A DNA stretch of 63,500 bases, filler included, from Basidiobolus ranarum (lineage: Eukaryota), in the NCBI GenBank assembly GCA_040143965.1. It is 4 parts of 4 records of this genome, joined end to end, with 100 filler letters (N's around TTAATTAATTAA, not from the genome) between each part and the next. Parts side by side here need not be neighbours in the genome. Positions count along the whole stretch, not along the records: positions 31,833 to 47,621 come from JASJQH010000367.1; positions 47,722 to 63,500 come from JASJQH010000368.1; 2 more parts are not named here. One strand, 5' to 3'. Under the pieces are notes generated by a model. The model was not told the DNA's origin. It worked only from the letters and a program-made list of their open reading frames with translations, and did no database searches. Numbering within the stretch: position 1 is the first letter of the stretch; each line of letters opens with the position of its first letter. The position numbers and the translations under genes are program-made. Positions 38,196 to 51,980 of this stretch are shown one piece after another.

Positions 38196-39937
38196 TCATT
38201 CAAAATCCCACGAGTCGGAGCGAAATATTTTCTGAGGCACTCTTTCATTCCAGTTCAATACCCTTCGTAGCCCATTAAACCAGTCTTTTGATTGATCATC
38301 TTTGCATATTGATGGTAGTGGACAATCAGAAGCGGTGATGGTTATCGAATCTCCACGATTCAATTCGACTCGATGATGCCCATCAAATGAGGCCTAAAAA
38401 GTGATTATGAGAATTGACTCGTTAGCATTAGCATTTAAATCAGCTACACATTAAGAGAATACATTACCCATACTGTACTCCTTGCTTGTGAGGGTACACA
38501 AATTCTCAATTCTTTATAACCAGGGATGACCATGGGGCGACAGGTTAAAGTATGTGGACATATTTGAGTCACCAGTATGGCACACATTTCAGGATGAATG
38601 AGTGAGCCTCCAGCAGAAAGAGAGTATGCAGTGGACCCTGTGGCAGTGGCTATGACTAAACCATCAGCTAGAATAGTTGTAAGGTGTATATTGTCAACAA
38701 AAAGCTCCAGCATAACCATATTCGGGTTGGCTCCGCGGTCTACCACTAACTCATTCAGTACATGGTGTACACCACACTTGGTTAATGCACATGAATTCTC
38801 AATATCAGAATCCGGATCATTGAGGCATAGTCCACATGTACTCGTAACGGGTTTGTTCAGTTGCACACTCTCATCGGCAAACAAGTTATTGCTAATTCGT
38901 TTGTAAACTGTACATTTGATTCTCATCCGTAAGTTTGCGTGAACTGCATTGCCATCGATGATATGGGTCAAGGTTTCTTGGAACTGCCCGAAATTAAACA
39001 CGGTTAAAAATCCTAGGGATCCCAAGTGAAACGAAAGTATTGGAGGCACCTTTCCTTGAAACAACAAGGAAGTATAAAGAACAGTTCCGTCTCCACCTAA
39101 TGTTACAGCCAAGTCAACACATTCAGGGAAATTCTGTTGAGACCAAAACTTCAGTCTATTTATGGTTGTGGGGTTTTCCGAAGATAGCGTCTTATAATTG
39201 AAAGCGGGATTTTTCTTGAAAGTGTCACCGACATACACTGTAAGATTTTCGTATTTGTTTAGAAGCCAAATGGCCACCAACTTTGTGTGTTTTACTAACT
39301 CCGGCGTAGGCTTAGTGACTATAACAATGTTTGTAACGATTTCGAGTTCCACTAGATACGATTTCAATTCACTGAGTGAGTACGTTACTCTGGAGTGTTT
39401 ACTTATTAGACTCGAAACACAAGTTTGATTTTGGCTGGAGGTCTCAGGTGAAGAATTCTGTTAAATGGTATTAGCCTAGATTCAAGCCGTCTATACACAT
39501 ACACAATACGAACCAAAAATACTGCATCTGTAATTCGAGTTTTGATGTGAATTCTCTTGTGCCCCTGCTCGACGACTTCTTTCAAGTATTTCCAAGCGTC
39601 GTTGGTTTCTTTTAAAATGAATATTATTGAGTAGATATTAACGATATATGTAAAGGGAAAATGGTTTTACCAGTAATTGTAATCCAATCTCCTTCGGCGT
39701 CTTTCCATAACAACTTGTAATCAGTCAGTTGGAAGTCGTCATACTCCTTTTGAAATTCTTTGACTATCAGTGAAAAGCTCAGGTCTTCCTCTATTGTAAC
39801 AGAGTAAGGGTTGAGTAAGTATAGGGAGAAGAGCAAAGTGAGGTGTATCGTCATCAATTATGGATACCTTTGACAAAAACGAAGTTGGTCTCCCCCCGAT
39901 GAGAGAACTTAATACGCAATTGAGGAGCTTTGTTCAT
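38196..39937 (-). CDS. NAD kinase with N-terminal PB1 domain
   Basis: NADK motifs LGGDGT, VLNELVVDRG, DGLVIATATGSTAYSLSAGG, ASFDG, LNWNER. 5' exons 39937-39868, 39790-39671, 39608-39514 splice in frame (GT-AG) into the kinase ORF; last exon ends TGA at 38196. Confidence 0.9.
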
Positions 39938-41265
39938 AGCTTAATGTGTGTTCTATTCTGTATAGTTTATGGTAACGCTTCTAAGAAAAACAAGCTATAG
40001 TGTAGGAGGGAAACCGAGCGATTGAACAATAAAAAATGCGTAGAGTAACCTAAAAAAAACTAGATAATGAAGAGTTGGCTCAACCGATGAAAGTTCATCA
40101 AGATTATTAGTACCCTGTTAGTAAATGCATCGGAAACTGATATTTTTCCGGATTAAATACACGGTCATACAGCCCAAAAGGAATTTCCATTAATGGCAGT
40201 AGAGCTATGGAGATCAGGGCAGAATCATCCTCTTAGGGTATCTTGTGTTTCTCGCAATTTGAGGCCATAATATGGTGATGGTTTAAATGGGTTGGCCACA
40301 TAAGTTGATCTTACGCCATTCATTTTCGATCAAAATCAATTGGTTTCTTATGGCTACTTTGGAGCGATCATCAGATTATAATATCTGTTTCGATCAAATC
40401 CAGCACCCGATCTCAGGCTTTCCCAAAAACATTGGCAATGAGGTGTGGATGTCCCATGCTCGCATCCGCAATGGAGAGTCTCAACAGTCTTTGTTGTGGC
40501 TAGTTTACTCAGCCCAAGTGGGCAAAGAATTTTCGTGGTGGCTGATTAGATGACGTATTCCGAGGTCCATATGGTGGCAGGCCCGCAAATAGTCAGACGT
40601 AGCTCGGTCGCTGATATGGCCTGCTGGCACGCGCATTTGCTTGACAAAACTACGGTCAACTGTTCATTACTAATACACACTAGCTATTTCCCAGACATGA
40701 AGACCCAATAAGAGGGGTGGCTTTCCGCAGAGCTGATAAGTTAGTATGACCCGTGTGGCCAATGATCTGCCAGTACGATAGCATGATATGCTCCTAATAT
40801 GCTCATTTCATTTAATGGCTTCAGACCGCAATATCATTCGTGAGTTGGCCAGTCGGTCTGATCAGGAGATGATTAGTTGCGACAGATGCATGAAGATTAC
40901 TAATATAGCTTGGGTCGAGTGAATCGTGTTTCTTATTGGAATTTGGTCAGAAAATGGGATGTTAGCTGAGGAATAGAGAGGGGCGATGCAAGGGTACATC
41001 GCAGATCATACTAGTTTTGCAGGATAAAGAGCACAAAGTGTTGGGTTTTACAGTAATGATAGGGAGTGATTGCTGAAGATTGAGTGAGTGATGCTAGGGA
41101 ATTATTTATTTATTTTGCCAGAATGAAACCAGGGACAGTCAACCTCTTGCTGCTCAATCCCCGTTGGATATCTAAAACTCCGTATGGTCTAAGCCGCTCT
41201 CAAGAGCCATTCGATGATCTCCGGAACGAATCTCCATTAACACTGGCGCGGTATTGGTCTGCTAT

Positions 41266-44200
41266 TTAGGCCAGATAATTATATACGCTTGCATCGGATT
41301 TGCTTCGTTCCAAATATTCTCGATCAATCAGCGATTCTATTCGCTTCTTCAAGTCCGTGGCCTATGTGTAAATAAGTGTGCTTGTGAGATAAGCTAGACT
41401 ATAAGTGGCATGTGACTCACTCATACCTTGACTGGGAATCGTAGTTGCTCGAAGAGCTCATTCATAAGTAGAGTGTGATTTAACTGCTTCCGTGTTTTCA
41501 TAACTCTCACAATGGCCGCATCAACCTGGTATTGACGATCTTGAAAAACTCTTTCGGTGGTGTGGGTATTTTCCTCAACCTAACGATCGTAAAGCCGGAT
41601 CAATTCAAACTGCAAAGGAGATATACGCTAGTGAGTGGAAGGGACGTCCCGTCTCTTTCATTTGGATGGCATTAACTTTGATCCTAAACAGCGGAGCTGT
41701 AAAATCCTTATTGAAGGAGAAGTTGTCTGCCTCATCAATCTCACGTCCTTTAGGATATTTGGTCAGCACACGAACTTTACCACAGGCTAAGGACTGCAAT
41801 GTGCGCTCAAGTTCTCTTCGTTCTAAGAGATGACATGATCATTGTTAGTAATTATCAAGACAATTTTTTAATGGAAAAATATACCTATATTAGTAGCTTT
41901 AGATATCTCTTGGTAACTCAACCTAGTTTCGATATCGATGCTGTTGAATAGCAAAAGAACCATAGCTTGGTACAACGATACAGAAAGCTCTTTCTTCCCC
42001 TATAAATCAAGAAAAACAAATGAACAGAGGATCAACCAATTGATGGCATTCTATATTCACCTTTGGGAAATGGGCTTTCAAGACACAGTGGCCTAGAGAA
42101 TGCTGCCACATCAAGCGGCGGCCATGGTGTTTGCTGAGGTAAAAGGTCTTGAATACCTCCTGATACTTGCCCATCTGTGAAATTGAAGATATGAAGATAT
42201 TCTTGAATTAAAAAAATTGACGTTTACTTATACCTGTTCCGGAAGGATAATCTCGCAAGGAGGGTAATTGGGCCAGTATCCCTGAGTTAAGACCGATACA
42301 TTGAGCTCAATATTTTTACAAAATTCTTTGTACTTTTGGGTTTGACGAAAAGAGACCATAATATCCCTAGAAACATCCATGTCTTTGAACATTCCTTCCA
42401 ATTTACTAGTAAAGCTAGCACCACACTCAGTCTTTAACTTTGAGAGCATAGATCTCTCAGCGTCAAAGGAGGCGCTCTTGTTGAGGAGTAAGCGCTTGGC
42501 AAGATCTCGCTTGTAGAATGCCTCAAATACATCCTTGCCGTGGATATATCGAAAGAGGATAAGAACACTATCCAGGATGCTTTCAAGCTCTTGATCCGTT
42601 GCCGTTTTGTTGCCGGAGCGAAGCTTTGAATCAACAAATTTGGCAATCATTTCGGCTGGTTTGTTTTGTCTGACGTTTATAAATGATTCAAAACTCTCCT
42701 TCAAGGTATTGAAGAAGATTGGATTTTTTTGAAAACTCCTAGCGAGAATATTATCCAGCTCCTGCTTGAGATTCAGAAGATCTTGTACCATAGTGTTGTC
42801 TCGACTACTATCATTCACTATCTCAAGACCAGATTTCTTAACGTATACACCAAAGTAGGCTCTCAACAGGTGTAGATGATCAATTCGAGCGAGTAACGAG
42901 TACAATCGAGCAAGATCCTCTTTTTGGCCTCTGCTTGCTAGATCATTAAAGCCCTTTTCAAGGAGTAATGGGGCATGACTCACAATGAGTTTTTTCTCTA
43001 CCAATTCAATAAGAGGTTTCTTGGTTTCCTTATCTAAATAGTGAGCCGTCCTGTCGTTTTCTTCTTGTAGTTTGTGCTCAACATAAAGAAGGTATCGAGC
43101 AACCTCCAATGAATGGACTTGAGTGTTGCTGTTCTTGCGGTAAAAGAGCTCAGTAGATGCTAAGAAAGCACCTTCAAAGCCACTAGAGTATATATCAAGA
43201 TCCATAAACATCCTTAACAAGGATTTGATTATCGCTCGGTTGACCGACTCTCCAGATCTCTCCTTCTCTATTAAGGAGAGTAGGCCATCAAGAGTTCTCT
43301 TGCGAATTTCTTTGGGTTCCATGATATGGTCTCTAAATAGGTCCAATCCCATATCCCTAGTATTTAATAATCCAGTCAATTACCGATCAATCAAGCCATT
43401 GCGTGCTTTCCGATATCTCTGTGTTACTTACCACAATGACGAAAGTTCAGAGGTTTGGAGTACGTATGTGCGGTCAAGATATAAAAAGATACTTCTAATC
43501 ATGATCTGGATGGGAACTTAGTAACGTTGAAAATGAGTCAATATGAAGTATCCATTACCATTTGGCGACAGTGGTCTTTCCAGCAAGTATCTATGGAAGT
43601 CAGAAAAACCTCATTGGTCGTAACATTACTGAGCAAGTAGAAGAGCGCATTTAGTACAATTGACACTGATACCATAATATAGGTGTACTGTACTTGTTTA
43701 GGCTCTTCATTTCTTCAATCACATGCACTTCGCATACAGCTTTAAGTTTATGATATAGAGAATTGGCCATTTTATGGTGACAAAGATTCTCGCAAGCCTA
43801 TGGTAAGTGTTAATCCAAATGAGAAGTGGTATTTGTTAGAAAATCACAATTACGTGAACCTTATATAACTCTTCTAAACTATCAGGGACTGGTTGACTAG
43901 CATGTATCGCTTCGACAGCATGTTTGAGTTTCTGCCAGGTATTTGCCTCATAATTTTCTGGCAATTTAGGTTTGACTAGAGGAAAATAAACATTTACTTT
44001 AGTGTTATACCAAAGATGCCCTTATCTTGCTCCAAGGCTCCTGTTCAAAGTAGAACTTTTTTTACTAACTGACCTTTAAACCCTTTAATTATCAGCTTCT
44101 TCACATGAGTCTTTCCGGAGGCAATTCGCGGGGAATCAGTATCAAATTGTGTATTTAATGACCCATCCTGACTATTATTTACATTGGGTGTTTGCTTACT

Positions 44201-44539
44201 ATCTCCAGTGGAAGTAATTCCAGGAGATTTGGTCATATCTGGGAGATTGAATCCCCCATCTTGAGTAAAGTTTTCAAGGGGGTAAGAAACAATGTTGGTT
44301 TGAAAGCCGAGTGCGCTATCGCTATGCGGTGGCTCTAAAACCGGCTCATTATTAGCAGCTTCTAAAACCCGGCGTCGTTTCGGTGAAGGTCCTATTTCAG
44401 AATCCAATTCTTTTAAATGCCGAGGGAAATCATCGATACTGCTTGAGTCGGTTGTGTTGTCGGCTGTGTTAGTTCTATGGAGACCAGATCTCGCTGGGTG
44501 GCTCAAGCCAGCTGCCCTGTTGCTATTATCGGATGTCAT
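41266..44539 (-). CDS. CUL4: Cullin-4
   Basis: [101 protein letters not shown]. Confidence 0.93.
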
Positions 44540-45823
44540 GGGAAAAAGAGGGTATATTCATTCACGAGATAAAAAAGCTTAATTTACTTGGAATAACTTC
44601 ATCGCTTACTCTGGCATAATATCAAGCCTCCCATTTTTTACTTTTTTTTCTCAATGCATTTCTAATCAATAATAGGATGACGAACACCTGAAGAGAATAT
44701 TAATTCTCTCTAATTCAGGAGATATGGTGATCGCCCGAAAAATATGATCGAAAACAGTATTACTAATACGATGACTGGTGAACAATCGACCCAAGTGACT
44801 GCCATACAAAACCAGTCTTAAATCGGATTTGGATGTTGCGGCTTTGTAGGAATTACACTAAAAGTCATCAAACTGATTGATACTTGGCTGCCTCGAGTGT
44901 GACAAGTGCTTCCTGAACCCACATGTCTAAGAACACCGCAAGTGTGGCGCCCATGATCTACTGGTTTTTCCATGTACTAAATCAATTGGCCTTGGAGCAG
45001 ACGAGGTGTAACTTGGGCATCGTATTTGGCTACTTGGTAGCCTTAACTGAAAACCCGGATAATCAAACGATCACGTGAATATCGGCTTAGTAATCATCGA
45101 ATTCTCTTAGGCTATCAATTGTGCTCTATTGTCCAGCGGCTTTTAGACAGGGAATGAGGCTCCAGAATGATCCATTGAAATCTAGAACACAGATCAAGCA
45201 GGTCAGGGTATTCAGCCTGTCAACTTGTACGTGACGAGAGACAGCGGTAAAGGGCAGTGAAAAGAGCTCAAGAGTGTAGTTAGAAGTAAACAAACCTTCA
45301 ACTCGATGACCAATGTATGCTATGCGGACGCCAAGGAAACCCAATCTTGGCGCTCCGAAATTACGTCTGGATCCCTCGAATTCGCTGGAACAGGTCAGGG
45401 CTATGGACCTCTTGGTATCTGTTGAGTTTGGCAGCTAAGGAACTGCCAACTGATGGATTGTTTGAGATAGGTAGCTGGCATCAACGTAGCCAGACTTCGT
45501 TGGCATTGTATCATGAGCTGATCTATGTTCCGAAACACTGTATTTATCATACTAGTAATTGTGATGGAAATGACCTCAGATTTTAATACATCATTGGTTA
45601 CCGATCTAGAATGATTTCAACTTTTCCTGACAACCAGTCAGTTCATCTAATTGAGTAGCAGGGTAAATGGATATTCCCCTGACACTCTAATGACGGTAAG
45701 ATATTGCTATACCGCGGTTTCATCTGCTGCTTCGAAGATGGCGAAAGTACTTATAAAAGACCACTAGCGTCTGAATTTATTTACTGTATCCTGTTTGACG
45801 TATATTGAACATTAGTTGACAAC

Positions 45824-46369
45824 ATGAGTTGCCTTGCTCAAGATCTCCCCACAATGCCTGACTTTCGAGGCAGAAAACATCACCGACTGCCTTCAGTGTT
45901 TATGCGATCCTATCGCAACACATCCTGTGAATACCTGGCGGATGAGAAAGGGGATGCACATAGTCAATTGATTACCAATGAATTGTGCGGCTCACTCTGT
46001 TCATACATGAGAAACAACACTTCAGACCTCTTCGATGGAACTCATACCACCCTTTACAATGACCAATCCTTCACACTCTTCGAGGATCACATTTTGATAC
46101 ATAGCCCTCAATTCCCATCCATGAAAATCAAACGTATATTATATCGAAATATACTCGACGTATCCATATGTGAGGAGCTTGCTATTAGCTGGTATAGCAT
46201 AAAATCATGGAACTTCACCATGAACGGAGTTAGGCGTTCTCCAACCATAGTCTTAACTATCAGAAACAAGTACAGGAAAGTGGAGCTCTCAGTGAGAGAT
46301 CCGACTGCTTACTCCTTACTTGAACGTTTGGTTTACGAAGCAAATAATACGCCTCTGACCATAGATTGA
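45824..46369 (+). CDS. Hypothetical protein, possible PH-like beta-fold C-terminal domain
   Basis: 181-aa intronless ORF, TATAAAA about 70 nt upstream, AACATG context as in ACB1; LYNDQSFTLFEDHILI..FP..KRILY.NI pattern. Confidence 0.6.
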   Translation: MSCLAQDLPTMPDFRGRKHHRLPSVFMRSYRNTSCEYLADEKGDAHSQLITNELCGSLCSYMRNNTSDLFDGTHTTLYNDQSFTLFEDHILIHSPQFPSMKIKRILYRNILDVSICEELAISWYSIKSWNFTMNGVRRSPTIVLTIRNKYRKVELSVRDPTAYSLLERLVYEANNTPLTID

Positions 46370-47621
46370 ACTTGGCTCTGTTTCTTCCCTTATCTTTGTA
46401 AAATCTAATCTGTATCTAACCGACCATGTAGCTGTATATTAAGCCTTGATTTCTACCCACGATAACCCCTTGTAAATAATACACATACCTTTGCTCCTTT
46501 GCGAGCAACTAGCCGACACGTAACTACCCAGATCCTTACTCAACATCATTTGTATTGGAAAATTAGCTGTTAACCATTTCAAAGTCAACCTCTATAAACT
46601 CAATGAAATCTCCATCAGCGTTTGAATATCCATTCCTGAGTAAACATAAAATAAATAATACTGGACATACGAGAAATGGCTTTTTCTATGTGATGCCCTT
46701 AAAAGACTGAATTTCATAACACGTATAGTAAAGACCAGTTAAAGCATCCAATTCATCAGAATCATCCTGAGACTCAGAATAAACTACAAGTAAGATAACG
46801 AAATCTATTTCACAGAGCCAGTGCATGTGAATCTTATTCTATGACCTAAGACTTTTTCTTTCACTGGTTGGCGAGTATCCTCTAAAACTATTTGGTATAT
46901 AACTCTATTTGTAATAAATTCTTACACCGACTGAGTAAAGCTTGCCAATAATGGGTCACTTTAAAAGACATCAAACCTAGAAGTTAAGGAGACAAACAGA
47001 GAAGCCAGTCTTGAGGTTAGCTCTTCAACAGGATTAGATGAAAGAATTTTAACTGGTAATGATGATTTAGGATACGCATATCCAAATAAGCACTCAGTTT
47101 CCAACTATCAATTGTTAAAAAATCAATCCTTTGATCCAAATTAGCAATAAAGAAATCCTCCATTGACGCCCACCAACCAAAGTCCCGAAGTCCTATAACC
47201 TGATGATGCCAAGCGCATCGCCAGACTACTCCAAGCTAGATTTTTAATTCGCAAGCAGCCGGATTCATTGATATTTTGTCAATGGAGGCTAAACGGAACA
47301 ACGCTCTAGGCAATATAATTCCATAGCCCAATGAAGTGCGTTCAAAATTCCGGTTTTCGGTGACACGGATTGATGATACTTGATCTCAGCGCAGGCCTTC
47401 ATTTGGCAACTGATATTTGTTCTTACTGTACACAAAATGGTATGCAATTTAAATGAGGTTTCCGTTTTAAGCCTAGGCTGAAAAAGGAATATGGCCTGTC
47501 TTCACATAAATAAAGTGGATGATGTCGAGAGGCGCCGACATCTATCATGAAGCCCATTAAAAGTTTGATTTGTGGAGTGTGGGTTACGGTTACGGTTACA
47601 TGGTATTTAGCTATCCCACAG

Positions 47622-47721
47622 NNNNNNNNNNNNNNNNNNNNNNNNNNNNNNNNNNNNNNNNNNNNTTAATTAATTAANNNNNNNNNNNNNNNNNNNNNNN
47701 NNNNNNNNNNNNNNNNNNNNN
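47622..47721. other. Artificial contig linker
   Basis: 100 nt of N with central TTAATTAATTAA. Confidence 0.95.
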
Positions 47722-48467
47722 GTCTCTGGTTGAGGGGGGGTAATATGCCTTTCATCCAACTCCGAGGCCTCAGGTTGCACACGGTTACGACGACTGGTTT
47801 GAGGAGTAAACCTATAATCCGGATACTTATTTTGATGCTCTTGCTGAAGATTTTTGGCTTTTATCCGATATTTGTCTTTCTCATGTTCCGGAAGCTCTTT
47901 CCATTCTTTACCCAAGGTCTTGGAAACATCATTATTGGATAAATGAGGACTTTGCTGAAATATTCTTCCATGGTTTTCCCTGCGGAAAAGAATGAAAGCA
48001 TTTGTAGGTCGCGGTGCTTTCTTTACTTTCAAATGCTTCTCTTTTGTATTAGCCAAGGTCGAGGTTGCTGGATGAATTTTTTTAATCGATGGGATGGGCG
48101 CGAAGGTGGCTGCGGAAGGAATTGGATAAATGGGGGTAGAGAAGTTAGGTTGTGTTAAAGGAATGACTTCAGGAGGAAAATTGTATTCTATCACTGAAGT
48201 TATCGATTCCACTATAAGAATTGGGACAAAGCCTTGAGGTACGAAGAAAAATTCCCCCTCAGTAGGAATTGGTATAGCGGTTTCGTTAGGTAACTTCGCT
48301 TTGTTTAGCTTTGGACTGTTGAGGAAATCGGGAGTATCGTCTAGGCAAAGATTAATTGCGACGGAATTATTCAAAGAGGGGAAAGCTAATGGAGGATGCT
48401 CTGAAGTGTAATTTACAGTATACTCTGGAACTCCAGAGTACGAATTCAGTGGTGGTATGCTGCTCAT
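47722..48467 (-). CDS. MATA_HMG/SOX-type HMG-box transcription factor, 3'-truncated by contig edge
   Basis: APRPTNAFILFRRENH...SNNDVSKTLGKEWKELPEHEKDKY...HQNKYPDYRFTP. Confidence 0.9.
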
Positions 48468-49872
48468 TGCTAGTTGGACTAATTGTATGTGATAAGGTAG
48501 TTGCTAATTTGGAGAGATTGTGAAGAAAGTCAGAGGCTAATCGCTTGGTTTTATCAGTAAATAACTGAGGAGTGATTGACTTTACCAAGTTAAGATCATG
48601 GATTTATATGAAATGACTCATTTTTTTCGTTATGCACATCTCTCCATTGGGCGCAATGTCTAGGTGAATCATAAGATAACTCAAAAACAACTGGGGATTT
48701 TAAGGGGGCTACTCTGAGACTGCTACAAAGATTGTTTTTTGTATCTTCAAGATAAACATTCAAACTAATCCTAGCCAAGTGCCATTCGTTAAATCCATTA
48801 AAGATTCCATTCTACAATACGTGTCTCATGTCTTCCAAATTTAATGCCATTCATAATGAAGGACGTACAAAAATGATCATCCGAATATAAAATTGGCCAA
48901 GGCAAAAGTCTTTTTTAGTCACTTTATTCGATGACGTCTATTTTCCCAAAGTCTACTGGTGGATGGTGCCGGTAAATAGTATATCAAGGGTTGTGCTATC
49001 CTCATTGTAGTTAACCAGATGCAGTTTTTAGAATCCCGAAGACTTCTCAATAACGATTCGACGGAAATGGGTTGCACGTTGTATATTTGTTTGCACAGTC
49101 CATGCAGTTCTATAGGGTATAGGATACAGTGATCATGAAGCCAAGGGTAGAGGTTCGAATGGATTCTTATACATAACTACGTTCCAGGTCTTCGTCGTTG
49201 GTGCCCATGAATTCTTCTAACGTTCGCGGGTATGTAGAAAGTGCCCACTCTCGGTATTCTACAATTCTTTTAGGCTATGAAAATGATGCTTGAAAGCCTC
49301 ACTCCTGGAAAAATTACGGTAATATCACAGCGGTAATCTCTCGGCTGTCACATGGTCCAGGATTACCTTTAGCTAATGATTGAGTACGATTGGTTCAATG
49401 CATCCGTGATGAAACCTGGCGAACTAGCATCATATTCTTACACCCACTCACAGGGTAAGTGGCTTCGTGTAATATCAAGAGTCATTGGATGACAATGTTG
49501 GTGCTTGATCAAGCATTCTCAGCTACCAAATTGAATTTTTATTCCTAAAGTGAGGCGGTCGCCGATCGCAGGCCTCAATTTCCACGACTCACTGTAACAG
49601 AATAACTGATCGCCAATACCGCCAGAGCCAAATGAGATTATCCAGATTGGCGAGGAGTCTCATCTAGAGATGTGACAGTTAAATATAAGATGGGAGAGTC
49701 CGGTTGAGATGTGGTGTTGCCAAGTTTATTGATAATAAATGACTGCCATACTGATTTCAAGATCTTTATGGAGAAAAAGATTATGAAGTGCTTGATTGGA
49801 TCAATAAAAGTAAATATCGACTCTGGCCGTGATATCTACTCTTAAATGATGTCGATAGAACCGATCTTGACA

Positions 49873-51404
49873 TTATATTGTTGTTGTAGGATCAAGTCGA
49901 TGCACCAAGCCAGAGCCTTATACAAAAAGTCGATCAATATTTGTTTGAAATTGATGAATCAACATAATCAAAATTTACATACCATTAAGCCCGTTGTACA
50001 AGAAGAAGTTGTTGACAGGTAGCTCTTTAGCAGACAACACTTTCAAAATTTCTTGTGATAATATTCCGCCAACGATGGCACATACAGGTGCCAGGTCTGC
50101 TTGAGCGTTTAAAACTAAAGTCCTATAAGAAAGTTAGTATCATGGTTAATATCTCGATATGTACGAACGTACTTTAAAAAGTCATCGTCAAGTACTGAAA
50201 TATCAACTGAAATGGTGGGAAGTAGATCATTTCTAATGTCCAAAATCTCCTTAATATCATTTTCATTAGACTTGGGAAGACGTTGATGTTTCTCTTGGAA
50301 TTGCCATAATACTGAGGTTGAGTTTTGAGGTCATAGATTATTCAGAATATGGTTAATTAATAAATTATTTAAGATATGAACATAATGTAGATTCCTCACC
50401 TTGAATTCCAAAGATAACTGGAGATACCCTTTTCTTAATCTGTCGCAGGGTCATGTTATTCCAGGTTTTCGACAGAGCAGTTTCTAGACTAACAAACTCC
50501 TCTTCTTTTTTGACGCGTTTGATTTCGGCTTCTTCGGTTTTGGAGGTGACGGTTTCTTTACGGTCTCTGAATATTATTGCAAAACAAATCGATCGATGTT
50601 AGTAAAATAGATATCGGCACCATCAAATAGGCAATAACTTACTCAATATAATCATGCTTGATAAGGTCGCAAAATATATACCCAAAAAATCCATATGTAT
50701 CGGCGGTATAGAATTTAGTTTGTACATTTCGGCAAAGGTTGTTTATACGTTTCTAAGTTATATAGTAATGATTAATCAGAATCTAAGGTCATAAGTAAAA
50801 TCTATGAACTATTAAATATACCATAGTAGACAAATCGCATTCAGTTAGAACCACTATCTCGAAGTCAGTAAAGAAATCATCCGAAAGTGTCTTCACATTC
50901 GCGGTGATAACATTGATTTTAACGCGTGGATTCAAGTTACGTAATCCCTCCACCGCAGATTCGACTCTCTGTCATTATTAAGGTATAAATGTTAGTGTTG
51001 TGTAAACATTTATATTTGAGATACCAGAGGTATCCGCAAATAAATTTTATACTCGAATAGTTACATTTTTACCAATACAATCTTCTGATATGTAAAACTG
51101 TGCTCCTAGATCTTCTGGAGTGACAAGTTTTTCATCCACGATGGTGATCGAGCCGATACCAGCAAGTACAAGGTTCTTACAAACTTCATTAGACAAAGCA
51201 GAAAACCCAACCATCAATATAGAAGCATTCCGCATTCTTTCAAAGGGAAGGTTAGTGTGTTGCCAAAAAAAGTAGAAGGCGACATAAAAATTACCTTTGT
51301 TGTGCCTCTAGGCCCCACAAACGAATCTGACGATCGTATAATGCTGCTTCATCCTCACTAATGACTTTTGGATCTGTGGAATTATGTGTCGCTATATTAT
51401 CCAT
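49873..51404 (-). CDS. AOS1: SUMO-activating enzyme subunit 1 (Aos1/SAE1)
   Basis: SEDEAALYDRQIRLWGLEAQQR, EVCKNLVLAGIG, LNPRV, FGYIFCDL, APVCAIVGGILSQEILK..NNFF; multi-exon, TAA at 49873. Confidence 0.92.
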
Positions 51405-51980
51405 TCTCTGTTTCTGGCGTGTTATTAGCAGCTTCGAGTAAAACGAAATGTTTACAGATTCTAAAATCTATAACCTAATACTAAAGTCACGTGTATTTTG
51501 AATCAAAGATCATTTTTACATTAGGGCTAAGAAATTAACTCAAACAGTGCAAGTTGGTTTTTGAAATGTAGCTGAAATTTACTAGACGTTCGTATGATAC
51601 AAAGAAAGGTTACTCCCCAATGGTTTAAAATGATATTGTACGGAGTACTTTCAACATACCATCTCGATGGAGAATAAAACTGATCACGCTCTTGCCATAT
51701 GGTGTTTCAAATTCATAGTCACCCCTACTGCTTGGACTCTGAGCAGATATTTGTCGGTTGTTGGTTTATTGTCAAATTCATACACACACGATAGGCATAG
51801 TGGCACAACACAGAAAAGGAAAGAAGAATGCTTATTTTATTTTATATACACTTAACAAAAAACTTGTATGCATTTCTTCTAAAGGGTGTTTATATTGTCG
51901 AGTCGAAAATGATCAAATGTTCTAAGGTTCGTAATCAATACGGAGTCTATATAGGCTTGCCTCATTCCTGGCTAGAAAAA

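Noticed and set aside
47582-47600. (GGTTAC)3 near a contig end, resembling a telomeric repeat
   Set aside because: Only three units and followed by ordinary sequence; not a terminal array.
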